Positions 39,979-48,626 of a DNA stretch of 64,000 nt are shown in pieces (the stretch's first letter is position 1; every line of letters begins with the position of its first letter). The position numbers were made by a program, and so were the translations under genes. The stretch is taken from IMG/VR virus record IMGVR_UViG_3300042326_002445, positions 159,647 through 223,646 of that record; one strand, written 5' to 3'. A model generated the notes under the pieces. That model made no database searches and had not been told where the DNA came from. It worked only from the letters and a program-made list of their open reading frames with translations.

Positions 39979-40760
39979 TTAAATATCTTCTCCACTATTT
40001 GATGTATACCGTCTATTGATTTAAAGTTTAAAGATTGAGCTATTTCTAGGTTCTTCAATACAGCATGCTTTCTGCTTTCGTATTCAGCTTCAAAGTTAAA
40101 TGAATTTTTTATTGGCATAAAGTCTTTTAGCCATATAATTCCAGATTTGTCAAATACATCAAAAACTTTTTTTGTTCCCCAATATATTGGAATAGTTCCT
40201 GTCAAAAAACAGTCTAATATTTTTTCTGTAAAATATGTATCCACACAGCTATTCTCCATAGCGACAGAAAATCTATAATCTTTAAGAGCATCTATCTTTG
40301 ATTCCACTGATCTCTCTCTTCCGTGACCAAAAAGATCAGCTATTGAAGACATTTCACCTGCAACTTCTTGCCTGTATTGATGTCCTTGGCACATCACTTT
40401 TGAAGATGCTATCATGCTGATATCCTTACTTTTTGGATATATTTTTTGGTCTATTAAATCTATCCAAGCTGGCACACACGGATGGATCTGAATAACATTA
40501 TTTTTTGTGATTAGTTTATTGCAATGAGTAATTACTGCATCGTAATTAACTTTTCTATGCTCTACTGCGTTGTATATATCTGGTTCTATTGCTCGTGGCT
40601 CTAAAAGCCATAGTGCTTTTTTGCATGGCTTATTAAAACTGTTTATTCTATTAACAGAAACTATCAGGTCCGCATTATCAATATCAGAGCTAATCCAATT
40701 ATGGTGCGAAAGAGCTTCAAGCTTGTAATCCCAGTCTATAAATACTTTGTATTTTTTCAT
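39975..40760 (-). CDS. GT10 fucosyltransferase-like
   Basis: YRFSVAMENS..TYFTEKILDCFLTGTIPIYWG. Confidence 0.8.
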   Translation of the reverse strand: MKKYKVFIDWDYKLEALSHHNWISSDIDNADLIVSVNRINSFNKPCKKALWLLEPRAIEPDIYNAVEHRKVNYDAVITHCNKLITKNNVIQIHPCVPAWIDLIDQKIYPKSKDISMIASSKVMCQGHQYRQEVAGEMSSIADLFGHGRERSVESKIDALKDYRFSVAMENSCVDTYFTEKILDCFLTGTIPIYWGTKKVFDVFDKSGIIWLKDFMPIKNSFNFEAEYESRKHAVLKNLEIAQSLNFKSIDGIHQIVEKIFK

Positions 40761-41371
40761 TTTAAAAAGTCATATTTTCTATGACCGCCCTCTATGTCTG
40801 AGTAGCCTTCTCTTTGCCAAGCAAGATGGTGACAAAATCCATAGCATGATATTCTTTTTTGTATTTTGTGCAAATGTACATCCGCTGGTAGGTTAAAGAT
40901 ATTGCTATCAGAAAATTGTTCCATTAAAACATTAACTGCATTTTGATTTATTGCATAGCAATGAGTGGTGAATGTCTTCCTAAGTTTGTGTACGTACTCA
41001 TTTATCTTTTTAGGCGGCTCATTGTGAGACCCCCCAAAGAAAAGTAAATTCCAATCTTCTGGCACATGTTTGTAGTATTGTGAAAAAAGATTTTTAAAGT
41101 TTGGATGAAATTCAATATCATCTTCAAGAACTAGTACTTTTTGCAAACTTTTATCATCAAACATTTTTTGATATATTTTTTTATGAGAAAGGCAGCAGCC
41201 TGCAGCTCCTTTCTTGAGCCCCTTAGTATCGGATATGGTATCGCCATCAATAGCTTCTATAAATTCAACGTTCAGTCCGTGTGTGCGGAATATTCTTTCG
41301 CATTCTGAACGACGATCTTTTCTTCTTTGCAAATTAATGCAGTATATTTTATTAAAATCTGATATGTGCAT
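40757..41371 (-). CDS. GT25 glycosyltransferase, paralog of 19398..20015
   Basis: DFNKIYCINLQRR, GAAGCCLSH, LEDD, TTHCYAI shared. Confidence 0.85.
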   Translation of the reverse strand: MHISDFNKIYCINLQRRKDRRSECERIFRTHGLNVEFIEAIDGDTISDTKGLKKGAAGCCLSHKKIYQKMFDDKSLQKVLVLEDDIEFHPNFKNLFSQYYKHVPEDWNLLFFGGSHNEPPKKINEYVHKLRKTFTTHCYAINQNAVNVLMEQFSDSNIFNLPADVHLHKIQKRISCYGFCHHLAWQREGYSDIEGGHRKYDFLK

Positions 41372-41374
41372 ATT

Positions 41375-42295
41375 TTATATTTTATGAGATTCTGCTGCTA
41401 TCCTATTGAGTACGGATTGTTTTTGTAACTGTAAAAAGTCTTCAAACATTCTTACCAGCTTTAACTTTTCCTCATTATTTAAATGAATAAAATATTTTTG
41501 TATTTTTAAACCTTTATTCCTTACTGGTAGCGGAGTCACTTTTTCATTACTTGGATGCCATAAATGGAACATTTCTATACGTGGATTGTCACATCCTACA
41601 AACTTTTTAAATAATTCAATTTTATCCACAAAGAACTGATCTTCTATTGAGTATGCCCAGAAGTAATATGGATCAAATCCACCAACTTTATTAAATAGCT
41701 CTCTTTTAATAACTATAGATCCTCCTGGAGCTCCTGGCCTTCCAGTATGAAAAGAGTTAGGTCTTACAATTGCTTGTTCTACACTTATATGATTAGAAAA
41801 TATCTCATTTGAGATCTGTTCATTTAAATAATTTACTCTTCTACCAGCAAATGACTGGACTATATCTTTTCCATTTAAGTTATCTCTTAACTGCTTCCAG
41901 AAATGCTTTGGCATCCATAGGTCAACGTCATGAAAATGTATGTATTTTGAATCATGTAAAAAACTTCCAATATTCATTGATAAGCATTTATTGAACAAGT
42001 CTTTGTTTTTGTTCATGAAAATATAGTCTATGTCATGTTGTATGCACATGTCTATTGCTTCTGGATTATTTGAGTGTTCAACAACAACCATTCTATGAGA
42101 ATTTTCACTCTCTTGTCTACATTCATTAAAGCATTTTATAAATTGAGCAAGATGCTTGTTTCTTCCACATACGGGAACAACTGTAAGAAAATCGTAGTAA
42201 GATCTTGGAACAGACCTATATCTTGCGTTTTCTAAACGTTCAATAATATTGCTTTTATTGCCAATAAAATTGTCTAATAAAAACTGCATGTTCAT
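41375..42295 (-). CDS. GT2/GT7-like glycosyltransferase
   Basis: HDVD DxD, GGFDP...IED, FHLWH. Confidence 0.7.
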   Translation of the reverse strand: MNMQFLLDNFIGNKSNIIERLENARYRSVPRSYYDFLTVVPVCGRNKHLAQFIKCFNECRQESENSHRMVVVEHSNNPEAIDMCIQHDIDYIFMNKNKDLFNKCLSMNIGSFLHDSKYIHFHDVDLWMPKHFWKQLRDNLNGKDIVQSFAGRRVNYLNEQISNEIFSNHISVEQAIVRPNSFHTGRPGAPGGSIVIKRELFNKVGGFDPYYFWAYSIEDQFFVDKIELFKKFVGCDNPRIEMFHLWHPSNEKVTPLPVRNKGLKIQKYFIHLNNEEKLKLVRMFEDFLQLQKQSVLNRIAAESHKI

Positions 42296-42315
42296 GTTTT
42301 ATTTATCGTCATTAT

Positions 42316-42343
42316 AAAAATAACCGCTGTCTTGCGACAGCGG
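42316..42343 (-). terminator. intrinsic terminator
   Basis: Minus strand CCGCTGTC-GCAA-GACAGCGG followed by TTATTTTT. Confidence 0.8.
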
Positions 42344-42418
42344 ATAAAAAGGGGTAATGGGGCGAAAATTGGCAAGGTGTTACGCCCATAGCACCTTGAT
42401 TAGTGGAGTAGGGAAGAA

Positions 42419-43231
42419 TTAGACGTATCGTCTGTCTGGATTCTTCTTCATGATCTCTTTGCCCATTTTGACGAGAGCGTTTTTGCTTCTCATCGCATGC
42501 ACGATAGCTGGATCAACAACCGACTCCTTATGAGTCATGTATTCAACAAATTTCCAAGGCATACCTTCAGGTATGTTGTCTTTTAATGCTCCAGTCCATT
42601 CACTTGCCCATATGTCCATGTAGTTTTTATGCATTCTTTTTTCGTAATCAAGACTGAACATATGAGACAATACCCCTATAGGGACCTCCTCTGGTAAATT
42701 AAGTCCTAATTTTGCTTGATATTGTCTGAAATTATTCACTACATATTTTGCGTGTTTGGCGAACTCTTTTTTACAAATCCAGAAACCACCATTTGTGTTG
42801 TACACCACTTTTTGAGACACTCCAAACTGTCTCCAAAGGTTGACCATATTTTCATTCTTCACGCTCCACCAGTCAGACCTTAGTGTTGTTGGGTCATTGA
42901 GCGGACTTTCCAGAAAGCTGTGCCAAACATCATTACCTATAATTTCTGAAAAATCTAGGATTGGTTTTCTGACAAAATAATGATCACTATCTATAAATAC
43001 TAGCAGATCGTAATCCATTTCTGCGACCTTGACAAGATACTCAAATTTCCAATATTGAGTTTGATCCATTTGTATCTCTTTTATCATAGCTCTTGTTTTG
43101 CAGCCATGAAGAGGCTCATCGCAGTAAACCACAATGTCATGTTCAATGCCGCAGTTCCTCATGCTTTGCACAAGAGATTGTAGCATATACCTATATTCAC
43201 CCCAAGCAACAGACCAAATCAATGTTTTCAT
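42419..43231 (-). CDS. GT-A nucleotide-diphospho-sugar transferase-like
   Basis: FIDSDH DxD, NGGFWI, PEE; paralog of 6915..7808. Confidence 0.65.
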   Translation of the reverse strand: MKTLIWSVAWGEYRYMLQSLVQSMRNCGIEHDIVVYCDEPLHGCKTRAMIKEIQMDQTQYWKFEYLVKVAEMDYDLLVFIDSDHYFVRKPILDFSEIIGNDVWHSFLESPLNDPTTLRSDWWSVKNENMVNLWRQFGVSQKVVYNTNGGFWICKKEFAKHAKYVVNNFRQYQAKLGLNLPEEVPIGVLSHMFSLDYEKRMHKNYMDIWASEWTGALKDNIPEGMPWKFVEYMTHKESVVDPAIVHAMRSKNALVKMGKEIMKKNPDRRYV

Positions 43232-44283
43232 GATTTTACCTCTATGTTTTGACCAGCAAGGTTTAAAAGATTATCCCATTTAGCAATATATTTATTCTTG
43301 TCACACCATATATCTTTGGCGTACTCACTAGCCTTTTTGCCCATAGTCTTTCTAGTATGCGTGTCACACATATGCCTTGCTGCGTCCTTAGCCTGATCAA
43401 GATTGTCCCATAAGAATCCGCATTCATTTTCTATGATCATGTTTGGAAAGTTCCATTTGCGTGGAGCTATTACTGGTGCTCCAGTAAGCTGGCTTTCCAT
43501 AATTGCCCTACTTTGATTTTCTACAAATTTAAAATTGCAGTTGTACAGAAATACGTCAAGGTCTACGAACCACTCATGAGTTGGCATAGCGTTAGTTGCG
43601 TACAGTCTCCATTTATCATTGAATTCATACCAGCTGTAAATGGAAGATAATGAGTCAGACCATCCTAGTATTGAATACTCACAGTTTAGCCCTTCGCAAA
43701 CTTGGTCATAAAAAATAGGAAAGTTATCGCCAAATTTCATTACGTCATCTCTGGAAACTTTTCCAAACACTGTTTTATTTCTTAAGGGTCTGTCTATATA
43801 CTTCCACATATCAGCTTCAAAGTAATTTTCTAATACAAATGTTTTTTGAAGACGATTTTGATTTGCTACTTCTTTATGCATCACAGACCTATGAAAGGGT
43901 GATGTGTATAGTACAACGTCTACTTGATTTTTCTTTATGGCGCTCAATTCCTCTGGAGTATGCCACATCATATCATTAGACCACATGAATTTTAGACCAG
44001 ATTCTTTTATGAAATTTATTCTTTGAAAATCAGCAAAAACACGGAAATTGCAATTGGAGTAGGCAAAACCTGTTAATTTTTTTGGCAAGCTTGACATCAT
44101 GCAATATTTTATGCCAAGTTTATCTAAAAAGTCTGTATTATGCTTTTCTCTCAGTCTAAATTCATCATTGGGAATACATGTAATATTATGAGTATCTTTT
44201 AATAAAACGAGCAATTCTTTCAGTCTTGTGTCTGCTCCACCAAGATCTGATATCCATTGAAATACATATAGGTTTTCTTTCAT
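43228..44283 (-). CDS. GT4 (GT-B) glycosyltransferase
   Basis: LGGADTRL, ENQSRAIMESQLTGAPVIAP, ENECGFL. Confidence 0.75.
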   Translation of the reverse strand: MKENLYVFQWISDLGGADTRLKELLVLLKDTHNITCIPNDEFRLREKHNTDFLDKLGIKYCMMSSLPKKLTGFAYSNCNFRVFADFQRINFIKESGLKFMWSNDMMWHTPEELSAIKKNQVDVVLYTSPFHRSVMHKEVANQNRLQKTFVLENYFEADMWKYIDRPLRNKTVFGKVSRDDVMKFGDNFPIFYDQVCEGLNCEYSILGWSDSLSSIYSWYEFNDKWRLYATNAMPTHEWFVDLDVFLYNCNFKFVENQSRAIMESQLTGAPVIAPRKWNFPNMIIENECGFLWDNLDQAKDAARHMCDTHTRKTMGKKASEYAKDIWCDKNKYIAKWDNLLNLAGQNIEVKS

Positions 44284-44336
44284 GTATCATTTATCGGTTA
44301 AAAAGTAAATCTGCTGATTAGACGAAGAACTATTAT

Positions 44337-44999
44337 ATGGAAAATACAGTAACATTTACAACTACAGCGATGGCTAGACCGGAGATACTTGAACAAACAT
44401 ATTATAATTTTCAAATATGCTTGAATATAAACATGAAAGATTTTGATTTACGAATAAATGTTGACCCATTGCCAAAAATAAATAAAGTTGATGAAGTAGT
44501 AAATGTAGCAAAGAAATTCTTTAAAAATGTTGACTATAACATATCAAAAGATGCCAATTTTCCTAGCGCAATCAAGTGGTGTTGGATGGACTTGCACACT
44601 AAATACACTTTTCACTTGGAAGACGATTGGGAGTTAACAAGGGGTATACCGCTCTATGAATTAGTAAAAATGCTTGAGAGCAATAAAGATATTAATCAAG
44701 TTTTACTAAGACCGTATCTTGAAACACATAAAGTAAGTTTAGTTCCTGGATTAATAAGAAGTGATGTCGCAATGTATTTAAGTAGGCATATGTTGCTTAA
44801 TAAAAATCCAGAAAAACAAATTCATTCAAATGAGCATACAGGAAAAGACGGAGATCCTGGCTTTGACGCCAATAAAGTCATAGTATATCCAGAAGATGTG
44901 TGCCTAAGGGACATCGGAAGAGTTTGGATGAAATCTCAATCTGTAATCAGGCCTGGCCCAGACTTCGTAAAATGGGAAAAGAAAAAAGATATTTACTGA
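44337..44999 (+). CDS. GT2-like glycosyltransferase
   Basis: TAMARP, INVD, FHLEDDW. Confidence 0.6.
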   Translation: MENTVTFTTTAMARPEILEQTYYNFQICLNINMKDFDLRINVDPLPKINKVDEVVNVAKKFFKNVDYNISKDANFPSAIKWCWMDLHTKYTFHLEDDWELTRGIPLYELVKMLESNKDINQVLLRPYLETHKVSLVPGLIRSDVAMYLSRHMLLNKNPEKQIHSNEHTGKDGDPGFDANKVIVYPEDVCLRDIGRVWMKSQSVIRPGPDFVKWEKKKDIY

Positions 45000-46003
45000 G
45001 CCATTTCGGGTGTAGCTACATTTTCCTTATGACCAGAAAACTGAATATTGACAATATCAGTATTGTCTCTAATAACGTCATCTAAAAATCTCTGCATCTC
45101 ATAAAGACTTGAGAATTCAACAAGTTTATTTTCAAACTTTAGTTTAAAAGTTCCAACAGCTTGCAGTATATCGCATTTATTAATGACTAGATCTGTGCAT
45201 CCAGATATCTTAATTGACTCCATAAGCTTGTCAACGTTTAGCCAATTCACCATTCTTTTTCTTCCGGTAGTAGATCCAAATTCTTCTCCTATTGTGATTA
45301 TCTTATTTAAAGTTTCATCATCCCAAAGAGATTCTGGGAATAGGGGGTCAACTCCGCTTTTAGTGTCATAAATTTTAGCAACACCAATCAGTCTGCGTAT
45401 TTTTTGAGGAGAGAAGCCAAGCGAGCAAGCACCATATGGCATAGTGGTACTACTTGTGACAAACGGATAGCAGCCATGGTCTATGTCGAGCCAAACACTC
45501 TGTGCCCCTTCGCAAAGTACCTTTCCCTCTAATTTTCCATCCCATAAGTACTCGCTCGGAAATAAGTCTTTTGCCCTGATCCCCTTGCGAAGCATTTTAT
45601 CTGCATAGCATGGAGCAATTCCCTGTCCAGTTGTTCCCAATCCTTTTTTTAAGTTATTTACATCAAACTGAATGTGTTCTTCAGTTATAATATGCGCATT
45701 AGGAGATACTTTTACTAAAGAAGTGTCAAAACCAGATGCCTTTAAGTATTCAATTTCTTCAAAAAACTTTTTCACATTTACTACACAACCTGGGCCTATA
45801 ATGCACTTTTTACCTTTAAAAATACCAGAAGGTATCATGTGTGTTTTGTATTTTTTGTCATTTAAATATACTGTATGTCCAGCATTTGGCCCACCATTCC
45901 ATCTGCAAACATAGTCATACTTTTCAGCAAGTGCGTTTGCAATTTTTCCCTTACCTTCATCGCCCCAAGAAAGTCCGTAAATAACATCAACAAATTTGAT
46001 CAT
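44993..46003 (-). CDS. purA: adenylosuccinate synthetase, short form
   Basis: WGDEGKG, RWNGGPNAGHT, IPSG, GTTGQGIAPCY, EGAQ, PFVTSS, TTGR. Confidence 0.93.
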   Translation of the reverse strand: MIKFVDVIYGLSWGDEGKGKIANALAEKYDYVCRWNGGPNAGHTVYLNDKKYKTHMIPSGIFKGKKCIIGPGCVVNVKKFFEEIEYLKASGFDTSLVKVSPNAHIITEEHIQFDVNNLKKGLGTTGQGIAPCYADKMLRKGIRAKDLFPSEYLWDGKLEGKVLCEGAQSVWLDIDHGCYPFVTSSTTMPYGACSLGFSPQKIRRLIGVAKIYDTKSGVDPLFPESLWDDETLNKIITIGEEFGSTTGRKRMVNWLNVDKLMESIKISGCTDLVINKCDILQAVGTFKLKFENKLVEFSSLYEMQRFLDDVIRDNTDIVNIQFSGHKENVATPEMAQ

Positions 46004-46144
46004 CTGATACCTTTCTTAAAAAGTTTATAAATAAATTTAAAAGACATGTGTCCAATTGCGAAAGCAACCGCAAGAACTGTTAGCATTGTCCAAGTATTTT
46101 CACTCATATATTTTCTACTTTTACTTTCTTTATTATCGACTTAA

Positions 46145-46227
46145 TGCGAGCGGAGGGATTCGAACCTTCGTAGACAAATGTCAGCAGATTTACAGTCTGC
46201 CCTCGTTGACCGCTTGAGTACACTCGC
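46145..46227 (-). tRNA. tRNA-Tyr (anticodon GTA)
   Basis: GCGAGTG/CGCTCGC acceptor, GCAGA-CTGTAAA-TCTGC, long variable arm, G1-C72 and A73 (bacterial type). Confidence 0.95.
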
Positions 46228-46230
46228 AAA

Positions 46231-46302
46231 AGCCACCTGTGGGATTTGAACCCACAACCTCTGCTTTACAAAAGCAAGGCTCTACCGTTGAGCTAAAGTG
46301 GC
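46231..46302 (-). tRNA. tRNA-Thr (anticodon TGT)
   Basis: GCCACTT/AGGTGGC acceptor, TTGCT-TTTGTAA-AGCAG, TTCAAAT T-loop. Confidence 0.92.
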
Positions 46303-46309
46303 ATTCAAA

Positions 46310-46382
46310 CTCCTCCGACTGGACTCGAACCAGTGACCCGGGAGTTAACAGCTCCCTGCTCTACCAACTGAGCTACAGAGGA
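46310..46382 (-). tRNA. tRNA-Asn (anticodon GTT)
   Basis: TCCTCTG/CGGAGGA acceptor, GGGAG-CTGTTAA-CTCCC, G73. Confidence 0.95.
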
Positions 46383-46386
46383 ATAA

Positions 46387-46476
46387 CGGATAGAGAGGGA
46401 TTCGAACCCCCGGATGACTTCTTGAGCCATCGGCGGTTTAGTAAACCGCAGCCTTAAACCACTCGGCCATCTATCC
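46387..46476 (-). tRNA. tRNA-Ser body with anticodon ACT (A34)
   Basis: GGATAGA/TCTATCC acceptor, GCGGT-TTACTAA-ACCGC anticodon arm, long variable arm, G73. Confidence 0.88.
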
Positions 46477-46502
46477 ATGAATTTTATATCGGCACTGGAT
46501 CT

Positions 46503-47030
46503 TCACATGCCTGGTGGATTATAGGTTTGTTCGTATTCTTTTTTTGCAATCCTGTAATAAGCGCCTTCGCCCTCTTTTACAAGATAGTCTCCTGGCTTAA
46601 GAACCATGTCTTCTCCCCAAGAAGCTTTAAAGGTAATTGGTTCTGTTCCTAAATATTCAGCTACCATTCTAGGAGATTGTTCTGGAGTTACATCTTCCCC
46701 CATATTACCTTCATACATCTTTGAAAACTTTGAGGACTTTATAACATATTTTTCCGAACTTGGGCCACTCATTATGACATCGCCATCTTTAGCGGTGTTT
46801 TCTGTTTCTTTTCCGTCAGAAGTCATTGTCACTACTCTTAAATCTTCCTTATCATTTACTCCATAACTCATTGGAGGCATGCTTTCTATATTGCCGCCAA
46901 TGATTTTAAAGAAAGAGTATCTTCTTGCTTGTTTGTGAGTAGGTAGAAATTTCAAGCTTGATGCTACGTCTTCAATCCCATGCGAATTTCTACCTTGATC
47001 TTCTGATTGCGATATTTTGTACCAGTTCAT
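46503..47030 (-). CDS. PGDYG-like domain protein with MNWYKISQ N-terminal motif
   Basis: ASWGEDMVLKPGDYLV...YRIAKKEYEQTY. Confidence 0.65.
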   Translation of the reverse strand: MNWYKISQSEDQGRNSHGIEDVASSLKFLPTHKQARRYSFFKIIGGNIESMPPMSYGVNDKEDLRVVTMTSDGKETENTAKDGDVIMSGPSSEKYVIKSSKFSKMYEGNMGEDVTPEQSPRMVAEYLGTEPITFKASWGEDMVLKPGDYLVKEGEGAYYRIAKKEYEQTYNPPGM

Positions 47031-47131
47031 TTTTTCTCCTATTGTGTAAAATTATTTACAAAAATAACTACTCCTGTACCTTGCTTGTATTTTATACGTT
47101 ATATATTTCCGAAATAATGCTTGGAGGATTC

Positions 47132-47335
47132 ATGAAGAATTTTAAAATCTACTATACAGTTGCCACTATCACCAGTTTAATATTGCTTACTTTAAAAGTA
47201 TTTAACTTTTGCGAAATAGGATGGTCTTGGATTTTGTTGCCAGTTGCCGCACCGCTATTACTTCTTATTGCAGCAGCTGCCTTTGCGATTTGCATAGCAA
47301 TTTGCATGGCTTGTTTGTTTTTGCTTTTGAAATAG
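47132..47335 (+). CDS. small membrane protein
   Basis: GGAGG RBS; LTLKV...WSWILLP and a long hydrophobic helix. Confidence 0.75.
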   Translation: MKNFKIYYTVATITSLILLTLKVFNFCEIGWSWILLPVAAPLLLLIAAAAFAICIAICMACLFLLLK

Positions 47336-47377
47336 TATATCGGCAGGATATGTTTGATATTTATAGAATTTAAAATT

Positions 47378-47869
47378 ATGAAATTTAAATTTAACAAGAT
47401 AGATTGGTTGCAAGTGGGGATTAACACTGGTTGGCTAAAAAAAGCTGACGTAAGTGCAGAAGATCAAGAGTTAATATCTCAAATATCGAATGCTCCACCT
47501 TACAGCGCAAAGCAGCCTTCTGATGCTCTCATAAGAGATGCATATCTTGTCCTTCAAGACGCAATAGATAGACTGTTGCATATATCCAATCAGTTTTACC
47601 AATTTTCAGATAGTGTCAGAGATTCAGAAGATGACGTGCTGGCGTTGACTAATTTTTTAGAAGAAGACTATACGCATGTAATGCAAGAATATCCAAATAA
47701 GCCAGTTCGTTTTGCCCAAGAGATGATTAATGTTGCGAATCAGGCACTCAGTCACCTTGATATGCTTACGGATGCCATGAAGCGCCAAAACTTAAAAACA
47801 AGTTCTTTGATTAATGATATTCGTAAAGATCTCATATTTGGTCGTAGAATTTTAGAAAGCATTACTTAA
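47378..47869 (+). CDS. hypothetical helical protein with N-terminal W-x2-hydrophobic-G-x3-GW motif
   Basis: DWLQVGINTGWLKKA. Confidence 0.7.
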   Translation: MKFKFNKIDWLQVGINTGWLKKADVSAEDQELISQISNAPPYSAKQPSDALIRDAYLVLQDAIDRLLHISNQFYQFSDSVRDSEDDVLALTNFLEEDYTHVMQEYPNKPVRFAQEMINVANQALSHLDMLTDAMKRQNLKTSSLINDIRKDLIFGRRILESIT

Positions 47870-48496
47870 TTATTTAAGATATCCAGCAAGTGCTTTATGG
47901 ATCTTGTCTGGAATTCTCTTATGAGTGTGAACTCTAAAATTATCAGGCATCAATGACAGTATATATTTGCTTGCCATTGGGTCTCTTCTAAAAGCCCAAA
48001 ACTTTTGTTCTTCTTCCATTATCCAATGCGAATATATGTATACATTTGCTCTTCTAGCATAACCATGAAGGTTTATTGGTAGCTTAAACTTTTTAGCTAT
48101 TCTGCAGGCCTTTATCTCGCAGTCTCTTTCCATTTCTCTCACGATATTAAATGCGTTTTCAAGTCTTTTCTTTTGTATCTTTTCTCTAGAAAACCACTTG
48201 TCTACATATATTAATGCAGAGTCTGATTTCTTATATATTTTAGACTTTTCAAGCCATTGTAAAAAATGGCCGTATTCATGAACTAAAGCCTCAAGCCACA
48301 GATTGTTCTTTTTTGCTACTCTAATTACTCTTTCTTGTTCAGAGAAGTAAGCACTGCTTGTATAGCCTCCGCAGTGCACCGTATATCCCTGACCCCATAT
48401 TAGAGTCATTTTGTATTCTTGCAAATGTTTTTTAACGTGCTTAATAAATCTTTTTACGGACTTATATCTTGCTAAGTGCTCACTTGTTTTTAGCAT
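47870..48496 (-). CDS. HExxH zinc metallopeptidase-like protein
   Basis: LVHEYGHFLQ with a downstream Glu (ERDCE). Confidence 0.65.
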   Translation of the reverse strand: MLKTSEHLARYKSVKRFIKHVKKHLQEYKMTLIWGQGYTVHCGGYTSSAYFSEQERVIRVAKKNNLWLEALVHEYGHFLQWLEKSKIYKKSDSALIYVDKWFSREKIQKKRLENAFNIVREMERDCEIKACRIAKKFKLPINLHGYARRANVYIYSHWIMEEEQKFWAFRRDPMASKYILSLMPDNFRVHTHKRIPDKIHKALAGYLK

Positions 48497-48626
48497 ACAA
48501 ACTCCTCCCTGCTTATATGTCGATTAAAGCGTGCCCGAAGCAGCTGTTATTATTTCTCTTTTAAGCAATCTTTCACCTTGAGGAGGAATATGTAAAAACA
48601 TCGATAAATTAAAAAATAGAGTTTTT

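Noticed and set aside
44993-46003. PurZ and a 2-aminoadenine (Z) genome
   Set aside because: The protein keeps the PurA catalytic Asp (GDEGKG), where PurZ has Ser; no dATPase or MazZ partner was recognised nearby
46431-46450. Amber suppressor reading (CUA) of the unusual tRNA-Ser
   Set aside because: The 5-bp stem GCGGT/ACCGC fixes a 7-nt loop with ACT at positions 34-36; CTA is off-register
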